A stretch of DNA of 64,000 nt from Acutalibacteraceae bacterium (GCA_045650565.1 JAZRRG010000042.1:19546-83545); one strand, 5' to 3'. Positions 7,353 through 17,405 are shown, counted from the stretch's first letter. The notes: generated by a model from the sequence alone, not told the origin. Program-made: numbers and translations.

Positions 7353-10244
7353 ATGAAGAAGTGCTTTGCAATATTATTAGTTTTAATAATTGCATTGACC
7401 ACCTGTTCAGCAGTGTGCTTTGCCGAGTCGGCTGCAGCGGATGCTCAAGGAAACACATCCGATACAGTTACACAGGCAGCGAAGGACACATACAATGCGT
7501 ATTTGCAGGAAAATGCCTCTTTTACTGATGCCAAAAGCAGCATCGTAATAAAGGCGGATGCTTATACTGCACTGGATGATGCGGCAGCGGTTACAAAGGT
7601 TGGCCAATATACCGACGAGGAGAAGGAAACTCGTGACGGGGTTATTAAGGTTACAGGAGAAAAGGGTAAAATTACCTATAAATTTACCGTAACCGAAGCG
7701 GGTTTTTATGATATTACTTTGTCGTATTGTCCCATCGCCGGTCGTGGACTGCCGCTTGCCTTCAGCTTTCTTGTTGATGGCGAGAGTCCTTACAATGCAA
7801 TGCAAACCATTCGCTTTGAGCGTACCTTTGTTGACCAAAAGCCCGAGGGCGTTGATGACGGCAGAGGAAATGTATACGCTTCGGAGCAGATAGAGAAGTT
7901 TATATTTAAGGATATAAAGGCGCGGGAGAAGACGGGTCAGTGCGTAGACCCCATTAAGGTTGCATTAACCGAGGGTGAGCACACAATAACCATTATTGTT
8001 GAGTCGGGCGAAAGCTATCTTCAGGCAATAACACTCGGCGCACCCGAGCAAACACCCACCTATGCTGAATATAAGCAGCAGGTTTCAGGCGCCAACTATA
8101 CCGGCAAAGAAATACATATTGAAGCCGAAAATGCAAAGTATAAAAGCACATCTTCAACAACACCTCTTATTGATAACAGTGACCCGAGCGTACAAAGCGT
8201 TCACGAAACGGGTGCCTTTAAGGAGGTTACAAACTTTATAGGTTCTACGGGTTGGCAGACCCCCAACGAGACAATTACTTGGGAGGTTGATGTCCCTGAG
8301 GACGGCTTCTATAAGGTTGCTTTCCGTTTCCGTCAGGACCAGGTTATTAACGGTAACTCATACCGCAGTTTAAAAATTGATGGCGTAAGCCCGTTCGCCG
8401 AGGCGAAGGAAATCCCGTTCTCTTACGGCGGTGACTGGAAATTCCAGGAATTCCAAATTGACGGCGAGGCAGCCCTCATTTATCTCACAAAGGGTACCCA
8501 CGAGGTTAGTATGACCGTAACAATGGGTAGATTCGGTGACATAAGCCGCCGCCTTAATGATATTACATACGAGATAAGTGACCTTTATCTTAAAATCCGT
8601 ATGATTACGGGTGATAAGATCGACTCGGGAAGAAGCTACGAGTTCTTCGAGCAGATTCCGGGCTTTAACGAAACACTTACTACCAACATCGCACGTCTTG
8701 AAGAAATTTGCGATGAAATAACCGAAATCACGGGTGAGAAAACAGGCACCTACACTTCTACAATTAAAAATATGATTCGTGTTATGGATGAGCTTTACAG
8801 TAATCCCTACACAGCTCAAAAATATGTAAGTTCATATTATGACAGCTACTGTTCGGTTGCTGCTCTTGTGGCTGACATCGCAGCCCTCCCGCTTGATTTA
8901 GACCAAATTATACTTGCCGCACCCGAAGCTGAGTATGAAATGGAAATGAAGGGCTTCTGGGAAAAGACCACATATTCATTTGAACGCTTTGTAGCATCCT
9001 TTATGGATGATTACAAATACTCAACCGATAATGTTGACGGAAAAACCACCTTAACAATATGGGTTACTTGGGGACGTGAGCAAACACAAATCTTAACATC
9101 TCTTGTTAAAGATTCTTTCGAAACACAGCATCCCGATGTAAACGTTAATATTCAGATAGTTGGCGCAACACTCGTTCAGGCAATACTTTCGGGCGCAGGT
9201 CCTGATGTACTGATAGGTCAGGTAAGGTCCGAGCCGGTCAACTACGGTATGCGTGGTGCGTTGCTGCCGCTCAACGAGATGGATGGCTATGAGGAGGTGC
9301 TAACCCGCTTCCAGCCGAGTGCGGTAGACCCCTATGTGCTCAATGGTGTAACATACGGTATTCCTCATACACAAACCTTCTCGATTATGTTCTACCGCAC
9401 CGACACATTTAAGTCGTTAGGACTAACCGAGGATGATGTTCCGAAAACCTGGGAAGAATTTAGAAATCTTACAGCACTTTTGCAAAGGCAAAACTTTAAG
9501 GTTGCGCTTCCCGGTGCGGGTGAGTTGGGCATATATGCTACATTATTAAGACAGCGTGGCATAGAGCTTTACAACCCGAAGGGAACCACAACCAATATGA
9601 CCGACGGTAAAGCAGTTGAAGCGTTTGTATATTGGACCGATTTCTATACAAACCTAGGATTTGACTTAACATTTAGCTTCTACAACCGTTTCCGTGACGG
9701 TACAATGCCGTTAGGCGTCGCTCCGTATAGTGATTACGTATTGTTCTCCCAAGCGGCACCTGAAATTGCAGGTAAATGGGCCATTGCTCCAATGCCCGGA
9801 ACCGAGCAGGAGGACGGCACCATAAACTATACACAGGCCGATGGCGGTACCTGTTGTGTAATTCCCGCTATTTCAAGACATCCCGACGTGGCTTGGGACT
9901 TCATTAAATGGTGGACCACCGACACCATTCAGTATAGATATTCAATAATGGTTGAAGCGGTACTCGGTGAGGTAGGCCGTGTGCAAACCGCTAACATTGA
10001 AGCCATTAAAAAGCTTTCCTGGGAATCAAACGACCTTGATATAATTTTAGAGACCTGGGAAGATGTTGAGGGACTCGTTGAGGTTCCCGGTGGTTACTAC
10101 GTAACACGTTCTGTATATCAGGCGTTCTGGAACGTTGTAAACATTAAAGAAAACCCCAAGGATATGATAGTTAAATGGGGTAAGGTAGCAAATGAAGAAA
10201 TCACGAGAAAGAGAAAGGAGTACGGCCTTGAGTATGAAAAATAA
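7353..10244 (+). CDS. Large extracellular protein: two CBM6/35-like modules fused to a family-1 (sugar) ABC substrate-binding domain
   Basis: SPase-I-type signal peptide (…SAVCFA/ES). Two related modules carry DGESPY / DGVSPF and GFYDITLSY / GFYKVAFRF, and the second opens with IHIEAENAKY. The C-terminal half looks like SBP_bac_1 (LTIWVTWGREQTQIL..., GPDVLIGQ, YGIPHTQTF). Confidence 0.75.
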   Translation: MKKCFAILLVLIIALTTCSAVCFAESAAADAQGNTSDTVTQAAKDTYNAYLQENASFTDAKSSIVIKADAYTALDDAAAVTKVGQYTDEEKETRDGVIKVTGEKGKITYKFTVTEAGFYDITLSYCPIAGRGLPLAFSFLVDGESPYNAMQTIRFERTFVDQKPEGVDDGRGNVYASEQIEKFIFKDIKAREKTGQCVDPIKVALTEGEHTITIIVESGESYLQAITLGAPEQTPTYAEYKQQVSGANYTGKEIHIEAENAKYKSTSSTTPLIDNSDPSVQSVHETGAFKEVTNFIGSTGWQTPNETITWEVDVPEDGFYKVAFRFRQDQVINGNSYRSLKIDGVSPFAEAKEIPFSYGGDWKFQEFQIDGEAALIYLTKGTHEVSMTVTMGRFGDISRRLNDITYEISDLYLKIRMITGDKIDSGRSYEFFEQIPGFNETLTTNIARLEEICDEITEITGEKTGTYTSTIKNMIRVMDELYSNPYTAQKYVSSYYDSYCSVAALVADIAALPLDLDQIILAAPEAEYEMEMKGFWEKTTYSFERFVASFMDDYKYSTDNVDGKTTLTIWVTWGREQTQILTSLVKDSFETQHPDVNVNIQIVGATLVQAILSGAGPDVLIGQVRSEPVNYGMRGALLPLNEMDGYEEVLTRFQPSAVDPYVLNGVTYGIPHTQTFSIMFYRTDTFKSLGLTEDDVPKTWEEFRNLTALLQRQNFKVALPGAGELGIYATLLRQRGIELYNPKGTTTNMTDGKAVEAFVYWTDFYTNLGFDLTFSFYNRFRDGTMPLGVAPYSDYVLFSQAAPEIAGKWAIAPMPGTEQEDGTINYTQADGGTCCVIPAISRHPDVAWDFIKWWTTDTIQYRYSIMVEAVLGEVGRVQTANIEAIKKLSWESNDLDIILETWEDVEGLVEVPGGYYVTRSVYQAFWNVVNIKENPKDMIVKWGKVANEEITRKRKEYGLEYEK

Positions 10245-11148
10245 TATACAAGCAAAGAAACATAAGAATTCATTTGGCGGTAGCGAATTTTCAATGCTGG
10301 TTATAGCATTGCCGTTCCTTATTCTCTTCTTTATAATGACGGTTTTACCGATAATCACATCGCTGTTTTTGAGCTTCTGCTCGTACGATACAATATCGTC
10401 ACCGAAGTGGATTGGTCTTGAAAACTATCTGCGTATGTTTGTAACCGATGATATGTTCGGGAAGGTTGCATCAAATACGCTATTGTTTGCGGTTATAACC
10501 GCACCTGCGGGCTTCTTGCTCTCATATGTTTTGGCGTGGTTTATAAATGAGTTCAACCCCGCAGTAAGAAGCTTTTTGTCCTTCCTTTTCTTCGCACCTA
10601 ATCTTGTAGGTAATGCATACTTTATTTGGCAGACTGCATTTAGCGGAGATGCCTATGGTTATGTTAACAGCACGTTGTTAAGCTTGGGCTTTATCAATTC
10701 GCCTATTCAGTGGCTTAAGGATGCAAACTATATAGTACCGATTATTATCGGTGTAACAATTTGGGCGAGTATGGGTGTATCCTTCTTGGCGGATATTGCC
10801 GCACTTCAAAGTATTAACGTATCCTTGTTTGAGGCAGGTGCTATTGATGGTATCAGAAACAGATGGCAGGAGTTATGGTATATAACCCTTCCTTCTACAA
10901 AGGAAATTCTTTTGTTCGGTGCCGTTATGCAAATTGCAAGTTCCTTCTCGATAGGACCGGTTATTACAACAATGTGTACCTATCCTACAGTTAACAACTG
11001 CGCCGATACGATAGTCATGTATCTGGTCGACATATCTCACACCCGAATGGAAATGGGATACGCCTCGGCGATTTCGGTATTTCTTTTTGGTATGATGGCA
11101 ATTTTCCGTGTTGTAATCGGAAAACTGCTCAGCAGAGTAGGTAAGTAA
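10234..11148 (+). CDS. Carbohydrate ABC transporter permease (MalF/LplB-like)
   Basis: Six-TM pattern with an EAA loop (FEAGAIDGIRNRWQELWYITLPSTKE). Start is ATG 10234 or in-frame TTG 10228, which sits 7 nt after AAGGAG. The longer ORF from 10192 overlaps the SBP gene. Confidence 0.85.
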   Translation: MKNNIQAKKHKNSFGGSEFSMLVIALPFLILFFIMTVLPIITSLFLSFCSYDTISSPKWIGLENYLRMFVTDDMFGKVASNTLLFAVITAPAGFLLSYVLAWFINEFNPAVRSFLSFLFFAPNLVGNAYFIWQTAFSGDAYGYVNSTLLSLGFINSPIQWLKDANYIVPIIIGVTIWASMGVSFLADIAALQSINVSLFEAGAIDGIRNRWQELWYITLPSTKEILLFGAVMQIASSFSIGPVITTMCTYPTVNNCADTIVMYLVDISHTRMEMGYASAISVFLFGMMAIFRVVIGKLLSRVGK

Positions 11149-11161
11149 GGGGGTATAACAA

Positions 11162-12058
11162 TTGTTTAAGAAATTAAAAGGTTTTAAACTGCTTGGCGGC
11201 GGCGAACTGCAGTATAAGCGTTATACCCGTTCCAAATTTGTCAGCGCAATATTTGTTATATTCCTTTTGACATTTGGTCTTGTATGCGTTCTTCCGCTTA
11301 TCTACTGTGTAGCAACGTCCTTAAAGCCGCTGGACGAGATTCTTATATTCCCGCCCAGGTTCTTTGTAAGACGTCCCACTATAGCAAACTACACATTGTT
11401 GCCCAGCTTGCTTTCAAAGCTTAAGGTTCCGCTGTCACGTTATGTGTTCAATACTGTGTTTATAACAATAGTAGGAACCATTACACACATTTTGGCAGCA
11501 GCCGCTGCAGCATTTTTCTTCTCAAAATGTAAGAAAAAATGGGTTGGCATTGTGTTCTTAGTTGTACAGTTCTCGCTTCTTTATAACGGTACAACACTTG
11601 GTGTTCCCCAGTACATCATTTTCTCAAAAATGGGTATTATCGATACATATTGGGTTTACATTTTACCGCACATTCCGAGTGCGATGGGTGTATTCCTTAT
11701 GAAGCAGTATATGGACGGTTCGGTTCCCGACTCGCTTTTAGAGGCGGCTCGAATCGACGGCGCAGGATATCCGCTTATATTCTGGAAGATAGTAATGCCT
11801 ATGGTAAAGCCCGCATGGTTAACGCTTTTACTGTATGCCTTCCGTGATATGTGGGCGACACAGTCGGCAACCACGATATTTACCGAATCCTTAAAGACAT
11901 TACCTGCTGCTATGAGTCAGATTACAAATGCAGGTGTTGCCCGTACGGGTAGCGCCATGGCAACCACCGTTATTCTTATGATTCCGCCAATTCTCGTTTA
12001 CTTGATTTCTCAAAGTAACGTATTGGAAACCATGAGTAATGCCGGTATGAAGGATTAG
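11162..12058 (+). CDS. Carbohydrate ABC transporter permease (MalG/LplC-like)
   Basis: TTG start after a GGGGG RBS. EAA loop LEAARIDGAGYPLIFWKIVMPMVKP. Confidence 0.85.
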   Translation: MFKKLKGFKLLGGGELQYKRYTRSKFVSAIFVIFLLTFGLVCVLPLIYCVATSLKPLDEILIFPPRFFVRRPTIANYTLLPSLLSKLKVPLSRYVFNTVFITIVGTITHILAAAAAAFFFSKCKKKWVGIVFLVVQFSLLYNGTTLGVPQYIIFSKMGIIDTYWVYILPHIPSAMGVFLMKQYMDGSVPDSLLEAARIDGAGYPLIFWKIVMPMVKPAWLTLLLYAFRDMWATQSATTIFTESLKTLPAAMSQITNAGVARTGSAMATTVILMIPPILVYLISQSNVLETMSNAGMKD

Positions 12059-12073
12059 TAGAGGGGAAGAAAT

Positions 12074-14224
12074 ATGAAGAAAATGAAACGTATTTTATCA
12101 ATCATTCTTGTATTGGCTTGCCTTTGTACTATGTCTGTGGGAATCACAGCGAGTGCTGCTGATTTCACAGATTCCTCCAACGATGCGGCGACAAAGTGGT
12201 TAACTGGTTCCAACAAGGAAAAATTTGTATATTCACGCCCAATGTTCGACGATTTACCGATGGTAACAGCGGGAGATATGGGCGTAGGAGAATTCGGTGA
12301 GTTGGCTGATATTTTCGCCATTGACGGTAAGATTTACTTGCTTGACGGCGGCAACACCGAAGCACAGCCAAAGGGCCGAGTAATCGTTCTTGATGAAAAC
12401 TATAAAAAGTTAGATGAGTTTTCGCAGGTGTACTATAACGGTGAGGCATTGGAATTTGCAAGAGCCAAGGGTATCTTGGTGCACAACGGTTTAATGTATA
12501 TTTGCGATACAATACATTCACGTGTATTGGTTGTTGATGAGAATCATAATGTTGTTCGTATGTTCGAAAAGCCCGAAAGTGATATGTGGCCGAACGACCT
12601 TAACTTTAATCCTGTTAAAATAGTTATCGATAAAATGGATTACATATATATCCTTTGCGACGGCTCGTTTTACGGTGCTGCTATGTTTGAACCCGAAACC
12701 TATGAATTTACAGGATTTTTTGGTGCAAACGTAGTATCAACAACAGTTCTTGGCGCTGTCAATAATCTTTGGGATATGCTTTTCACCAACAACACCAAGC
12801 TTTCAAAGAGTCAGAAAACACTTCCGTTCTCATTTGTTGATATGGTGCTTGGCGCTGACGGTTATTTGTATACCTGTACAGGTTACACAAAGAATGCCTC
12901 AACAGGTGCGGTAAGACGACTAAACCCAACGGGTAACAATATCCTTGTTGATAAGAGTAAGGGCGGTGCAACCGACTCAAGCAACGTTGTTTTCGGTACT
13001 ACCGAGGCGGCAAAATCAAAGGGTATGAAAATATCCCATAACATCAACTCTATAACGGTTGATGACCAAAATTATATATATGTATTGGACTCAAACTACG
13101 GTAGAATATATATGTATGATACCGAGTGTAATCTTATTTGCACAATAGGCGGCGGTATTGGTGATGGTATACAGAAGGGAACCTTCCGTGGCTCCAAGGC
13201 AATAACCTCGATGGGCGATAAGATTTATGCAATAGATTATGTTAAAAGAGGCATTATCACTTTTGAGAAAAACGATTACGGTAGAATGGTGCAGCAGGCA
13301 CAAACAATGACTATGGCGGGCGACTATACCGATGCCGCAGTTATTTGGAATGATGTAGTTGCCCTCGACCGCAACTCGATTATCGCTTACCGTGGTCTTG
13401 CAAAGGCAGCTTTGCTTGAGGACCGCTATCAAGACGCTATGGATTACGCACTTATGGGTTATGACCGTAACACATACAGTCAGGCGTTTGATTATGTGCG
13501 CACCGAGTTCATGGAAAAGCACTTTACGGCAATTTTCGTAGGCGCAATTATTCTGGTTGTTGCCATCATACTGCTTTTGCGTTTCAAGAAAAAGCGCAAC
13601 ATAGTGCTTATTAAAAACCATAAGCTCAAAATTGCGTTGGGAACAATGTTCCATCCGGCAGATACCTTCTACGAAATCAAGCGTAACAATAACGGTTCGG
13701 TTGTCATCGCAACGGTAATGCTGTTCCTATGGTATGTAGGTAAAATTTTGGGCTACGGCAGTGGTTTCATCTTCAACAAGACCGATATTGGTGAGGCAAA
13801 CGCTTGGTATGCATTGGCTCAAACAATAGGACTTGTGTTATTGTTTGTATGTGCAAACTGGTTGGTTTGCGTATTGTTTGAGGGTAAGGGTAAGCTAAAG
13901 GATATTTATGTGGCAACCTGCTACAGCATAATGCCGCTTATTATAAATTCCTTTGCGTATGCCATTCTTGCCAATGTATTAACGCTTGAAGAGGCAAGTA
14001 TTATAAGCATTCTAAACGGAGCATGTGTGCTCTTTACGGGTATCCTGCTTGTAATGTCAATAATAACCGTTCAGGAATTCACATTCGGCAAGTTCATATT
14101 TACAACAATTGTAACACTTTTGGCGATGATTCTTGTTGTGTTCCTTATTTTCTTAATAGTAATTTTGTTACAACAGTCAGCAGACTTCATCAAGACCGTG
14201 TACTTAGAAGCGGTTTACCGATAA
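12074..14224 (+). CDS. Fusion membrane protein: signal peptide, NHL-like beta-propeller, TPR-like segment, C-terminal Yip1-type multi-TM domain
   Basis: Repeated propeller-blade motifs (GKIYLLDGGN, GLMYICDTIHSRVLVVD, YIYILCDGSFYGAAMFE, YLYTCTG, YIYVLDSNYGRIYMYD, DKIYAIDYVKRGIITF). A TPR-like stretch (AYRGLAKAALLEDRYQDAMDYALMGY). Then five or six TM helices preceded by FHPADTFYEIKRNNNGS, typical of Yip1-domain proteins. Confidence 0.6.
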   Translation: MKKMKRILSIILVLACLCTMSVGITASAADFTDSSNDAATKWLTGSNKEKFVYSRPMFDDLPMVTAGDMGVGEFGELADIFAIDGKIYLLDGGNTEAQPKGRVIVLDENYKKLDEFSQVYYNGEALEFARAKGILVHNGLMYICDTIHSRVLVVDENHNVVRMFEKPESDMWPNDLNFNPVKIVIDKMDYIYILCDGSFYGAAMFEPETYEFTGFFGANVVSTTVLGAVNNLWDMLFTNNTKLSKSQKTLPFSFVDMVLGADGYLYTCTGYTKNASTGAVRRLNPTGNNILVDKSKGGATDSSNVVFGTTEAAKSKGMKISHNINSITVDDQNYIYVLDSNYGRIYMYDTECNLICTIGGGIGDGIQKGTFRGSKAITSMGDKIYAIDYVKRGIITFEKNDYGRMVQQAQTMTMAGDYTDAAVIWNDVVALDRNSIIAYRGLAKAALLEDRYQDAMDYALMGYDRNTYSQAFDYVRTEFMEKHFTAIFVGAIILVVAIILLLRFKKKRNIVLIKNHKLKIALGTMFHPADTFYEIKRNNNGSVVIATVMLFLWYVGKILGYGSGFIFNKTDIGEANAWYALAQTIGLVLLFVCANWLVCVLFEGKGKLKDIYVATCYSIMPLIINSFAYAILANVLTLEEASIISILNGACVLFTGILLVMSIITVQEFTFGKFIFTTIVTLLAMILVVFLIFLIVILLQQSADFIKTVYLEAVYR

Positions 14225-14242
14225 ACACAAAGGAGGATAAAA

Positions 14243-16474
14243 ATGAAAAATATTTTATTGAAAATAGTATCATTCATCCTTTGTGCTTTGATGCTTGTTT
14301 CCTTTGCAGGATGCACGGGGGGAACCGAATATACACATGTGTTGGATGAATTCAAAACTCAGATGCTTCATCGCAACGAGGTTATTGAGAATGAAAAACT
14401 CACACTCAGTTGGGATGCGGTTAACAAGTGCGTAATATTAACCGATAAGGCAACAGGTGTTCAGTGGACCACCTCGCCCTACGGATATTTAGAGGGTACA
14501 GAGCGTCCGGCGATGCAAAAGAAATATGTTGAATCGCCCATTCACGTTAAGTACCTTGAGAATTATGAGTTCCAAGAGGGAACCTCACCTGACCCTGCGG
14601 ATGACTACGGTTATGTGGCGTTAAGGGATTCAGAGGTAAGGGTTGAGAAGGACGCAAATTCCTTCACAATAACCTTCTGCTTTGAGCAATCAAACTCTAT
14701 AATACCCCTTAAGTACACACTTAAGGAGGATTGCCTTGCGGTTTCAATTAACACCGATGATATAGTGGAGTATGAAGACCCGCTATACTCAATCGCATTT
14801 TTACCCACCTTCGCTGCAGTAAAGAAGGGTACCCAGAACAGCTATATGTTCTATCCTTCGGGTAGCGGTGCTTTGATAGATACATCCAACACAAACCTCG
14901 TGGATGTAACCTACTCTGCGGGTGTATACGGCAACGATGCCGCAAGAAAAATCAGAGATAAGCTCACAAATGATAAAAATGTTTATTTGCCGGTATTCGG
15001 TACCGTTGTTGGTGACAATGCTATTTGCGGAATCATCACTTCGGGAGCTGAGCATGCGACAATAAACTACAGCACAAAATATGAGAGAACCGACTACACT
15101 GCTATATATCCCGAGCTTCACTTAAGAGGATACGACTTTAACACTGTAAAGGGAAATATTAGGCAAGAGGAAACGGCTATTTATGCGGGCGAAATTTTAA
15201 GCGGTTCGGTTTTCGAGGTAGAGTATTATCCGTTGTCGGGCGATGACGCAAGCTACAACGGTATGGCACAGCTCTATCAGAAAAAGCTTTACGGTGATAA
15301 CCAAGGTGCCGATATTACGGAGGATGTATATTCTTTAAAGGTGTACGGCGGTCTGCTTGAGAAAAAGGATATTATTGGCTTCCCATACTATTCCTTGTTG
15401 GCTCTTACAACCTATGATGATGTAAGTAAAATGTTAAGCGAATTGTCATCCACCGGTGTAACCCCCAACGTTCAGCTTTATGGCTTTGGTGCGTCGGGCT
15501 TGGATGCAGATAAGGTTGCGGGCGGCTTTAAGTTAGGCAGTGCATTTGGTAATACCAAGCAGCTTGGCAGTCTTGTTAATTACTGTGATACAAACAACAT
15601 TGATATGTTTGTTGATTTTAACCTTACCGAGTACAAAACCGGCTCTTTAGGTTATAGCGCAATGTTTGATACGGCTAAGACCGCCAATAAACAAGCGGCA
15701 TACCTATATCACATTGACAAATCGGTACAGACACAGGATAGCACAAACTATGAGCGTTTCCGCTTACTCAAGCGTGACAAGGTGCTCAAAGTGGCAAATA
15801 CACTTGTTAAGAAAATTAACAAGTACAGTTTGCCCGGTGTTAGCTTTGCATCTCTTACAAGCACGGCATATTCCGACTATTCATCAAGTGAGTATTATGT
15901 TAAAAAGAATATGTCAAGCTTTACGACAGGTATTTTGAACAGTTATAAAGAAAGCGGCTACAACACTGCAGCCAACGGAGCAAATGCTTATGCTGCATTA
16001 GCGGCTGACTGTGTGTTCGAAACACCTACAAGCTCAAGCGAGTTAGATGTATTCTGGACCGATGTTCCGTTCTATCAAATGGTGTTTAAGGGCAAAACCG
16101 AAATCACTACTGAGGCAGTAAATGCAGGCGAAGTGTTGAGCGTTAAGCAGTTAAAGGCACTTGAGTCGGGCACATCCATGTTGTTCTATGTTTACAACAC
16201 CTATGATTCGGTTCTTACATATTCACCTTATAAGGGACTTTACGGTGCTTTATATGAGGATAATAAGGACGACATCGTTAAGGCGGCAGAGGAATATAAG
16301 GATTACTATTCGGCAATAAGCGGTCAAACAATTACAAATCACGAATTGCTTACTGACGATGTACGCTGCACCACCTTCTCAAATGGTGTTAAGATATATG
16401 TAAACTATTCGGATACAGATTATATGTTTGCGGGCAACTCGGTGCCTGCAGGCGGATATCTTATAGTTAAATAG
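14243..16474 (+). CDS. 743-aa lipoprotein of unknown function; possibly the family catalogued as DUF5696 (recalled from memory, unverified)
   Basis: Lipobox LVSFAGC and an AAGGAGG RBS. I recognise no catalytic motif. It is embedded between the two ABC permease pairs. Confidence 0.55.
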   Translation: MKNILLKIVSFILCALMLVSFAGCTGGTEYTHVLDEFKTQMLHRNEVIENEKLTLSWDAVNKCVILTDKATGVQWTTSPYGYLEGTERPAMQKKYVESPIHVKYLENYEFQEGTSPDPADDYGYVALRDSEVRVEKDANSFTITFCFEQSNSIIPLKYTLKEDCLAVSINTDDIVEYEDPLYSIAFLPTFAAVKKGTQNSYMFYPSGSGALIDTSNTNLVDVTYSAGVYGNDAARKIRDKLTNDKNVYLPVFGTVVGDNAICGIITSGAEHATINYSTKYERTDYTAIYPELHLRGYDFNTVKGNIRQEETAIYAGEILSGSVFEVEYYPLSGDDASYNGMAQLYQKKLYGDNQGADITEDVYSLKVYGGLLEKKDIIGFPYYSLLALTTYDDVSKMLSELSSTGVTPNVQLYGFGASGLDADKVAGGFKLGSAFGNTKQLGSLVNYCDTNNIDMFVDFNLTEYKTGSLGYSAMFDTAKTANKQAAYLYHIDKSVQTQDSTNYERFRLLKRDKVLKVANTLVKKINKYSLPGVSFASLTSTAYSDYSSSEYYVKKNMSSFTTGILNSYKESGYNTAANGANAYAALAADCVFETPTSSSELDVFWTDVPFYQMVFKGKTEITTEAVNAGEVLSVKQLKALESGTSMLFYVYNTYDSVLTYSPYKGLYGALYEDNKDDIVKAAEEYKDYYSAISGQTITNHELLTDDVRCTTFSNGVKIYVNYSDTDYMFAGNSVPAGGYLIVK

Positions 16475-16487
16475 GGAGGTGAACAGT

Positions 16488-17393
16488 ATGTTTAAAAGTA
16501 AAACAAAAAAGCATAAGGGCGTTGAACAACTTAAAAGCAGATACGGCAGACTGTTCGTTCTTCCTTGGGAAATAGGTTTAGTACTGTTCTTCTTCGTTCC
16601 GATTATCACATCTATTCGTTATGCCTTCAGCGAAATCAGTATGACAAATGAGGGCTTTGAGGTTGGCTGGGTTGGACTTAGGTGGTTCAAGTACTATCTG
16701 ATGGAGGATGCTAACTATCTTAACGAGCTGACATCATCTATTACAAGCTTCCTTGTCCAAATTCCGCTGATTTTGGCGTTGAGTCTTATACTTGCAATTA
16801 TCTTGAACCAAAAGTTCGCCGGTCGTACCTTAGCACGTGCGATATTCTTCCTACCTGTTATTATCGCAACGGGTGTAATTATTAACATTATGACCAGTGA
16901 ATATGTAAATGTAAGTCTTGTAGCGTCGGCGGGTAGTGATACAAGCTACAACAGTATGATAGACTTTGAGCAAATTCTCGGAAACTTAGGTCTACCTGAT
17001 GAAATAAACAACCTAATAGCAGGGTACATAGGCGACATCTTCAATTTGCTGTGGTCGTGCGGTGTTCAAATCATCCTGTTTATTGCTGGACTTCAAACCA
17101 TACCCGACCAGCTATACGAGGTTTCCCGAGTTGAAGGCGCTTCCAAGTGGGAAGAGTTCTGGTATATAACAATACCCATGCTTGGCAACACAATACTGTT
17201 GGTTATGGTATATACGATGATAGATATGTTCACAAAGAAAGCCGGCGTAATGAAAATGGCGGTTGACTTTATGAACAAGGCGGTTTACGACAGAAGCTCT
17301 GCGATGCTATGGATGTACTTCCTTGTAGTAGGCGCCATAATGGCTATAGTTGTAGGAGTTTACAACAAGCTGTGCTTGAAGAAATGGTCTTAA
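16488..17393 (+). CDS. Carbohydrate ABC transporter permease (second system, MalF-like)
   Basis: ATG 16488 lies 8 nt after GGGAGG (the ORF track starts at GTG 16479). EAA loop YEVSRVEGASKWEEFWYITIPMLGN. Confidence 0.85.
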   Translation: MFKSKTKKHKGVEQLKSRYGRLFVLPWEIGLVLFFFVPIITSIRYAFSEISMTNEGFEVGWVGLRWFKYYLMEDANYLNELTSSITSFLVQIPLILALSLILAIILNQKFAGRTLARAIFFLPVIIATGVIINIMTSEYVNVSLVASAGSDTSYNSMIDFEQILGNLGLPDEINNLIAGYIGDIFNLLWSCGVQIILFIAGLQTIPDQLYEVSRVEGASKWEEFWYITIPMLGNTILLVMVYTMIDMFTKKAGVMKMAVDFMNKAVYDRSSAMLWMYFLVVGAIMAIVVGVYNKLCLKKWS

Positions 17394-17405
17394 GGAGGGG
17401 CAGTA

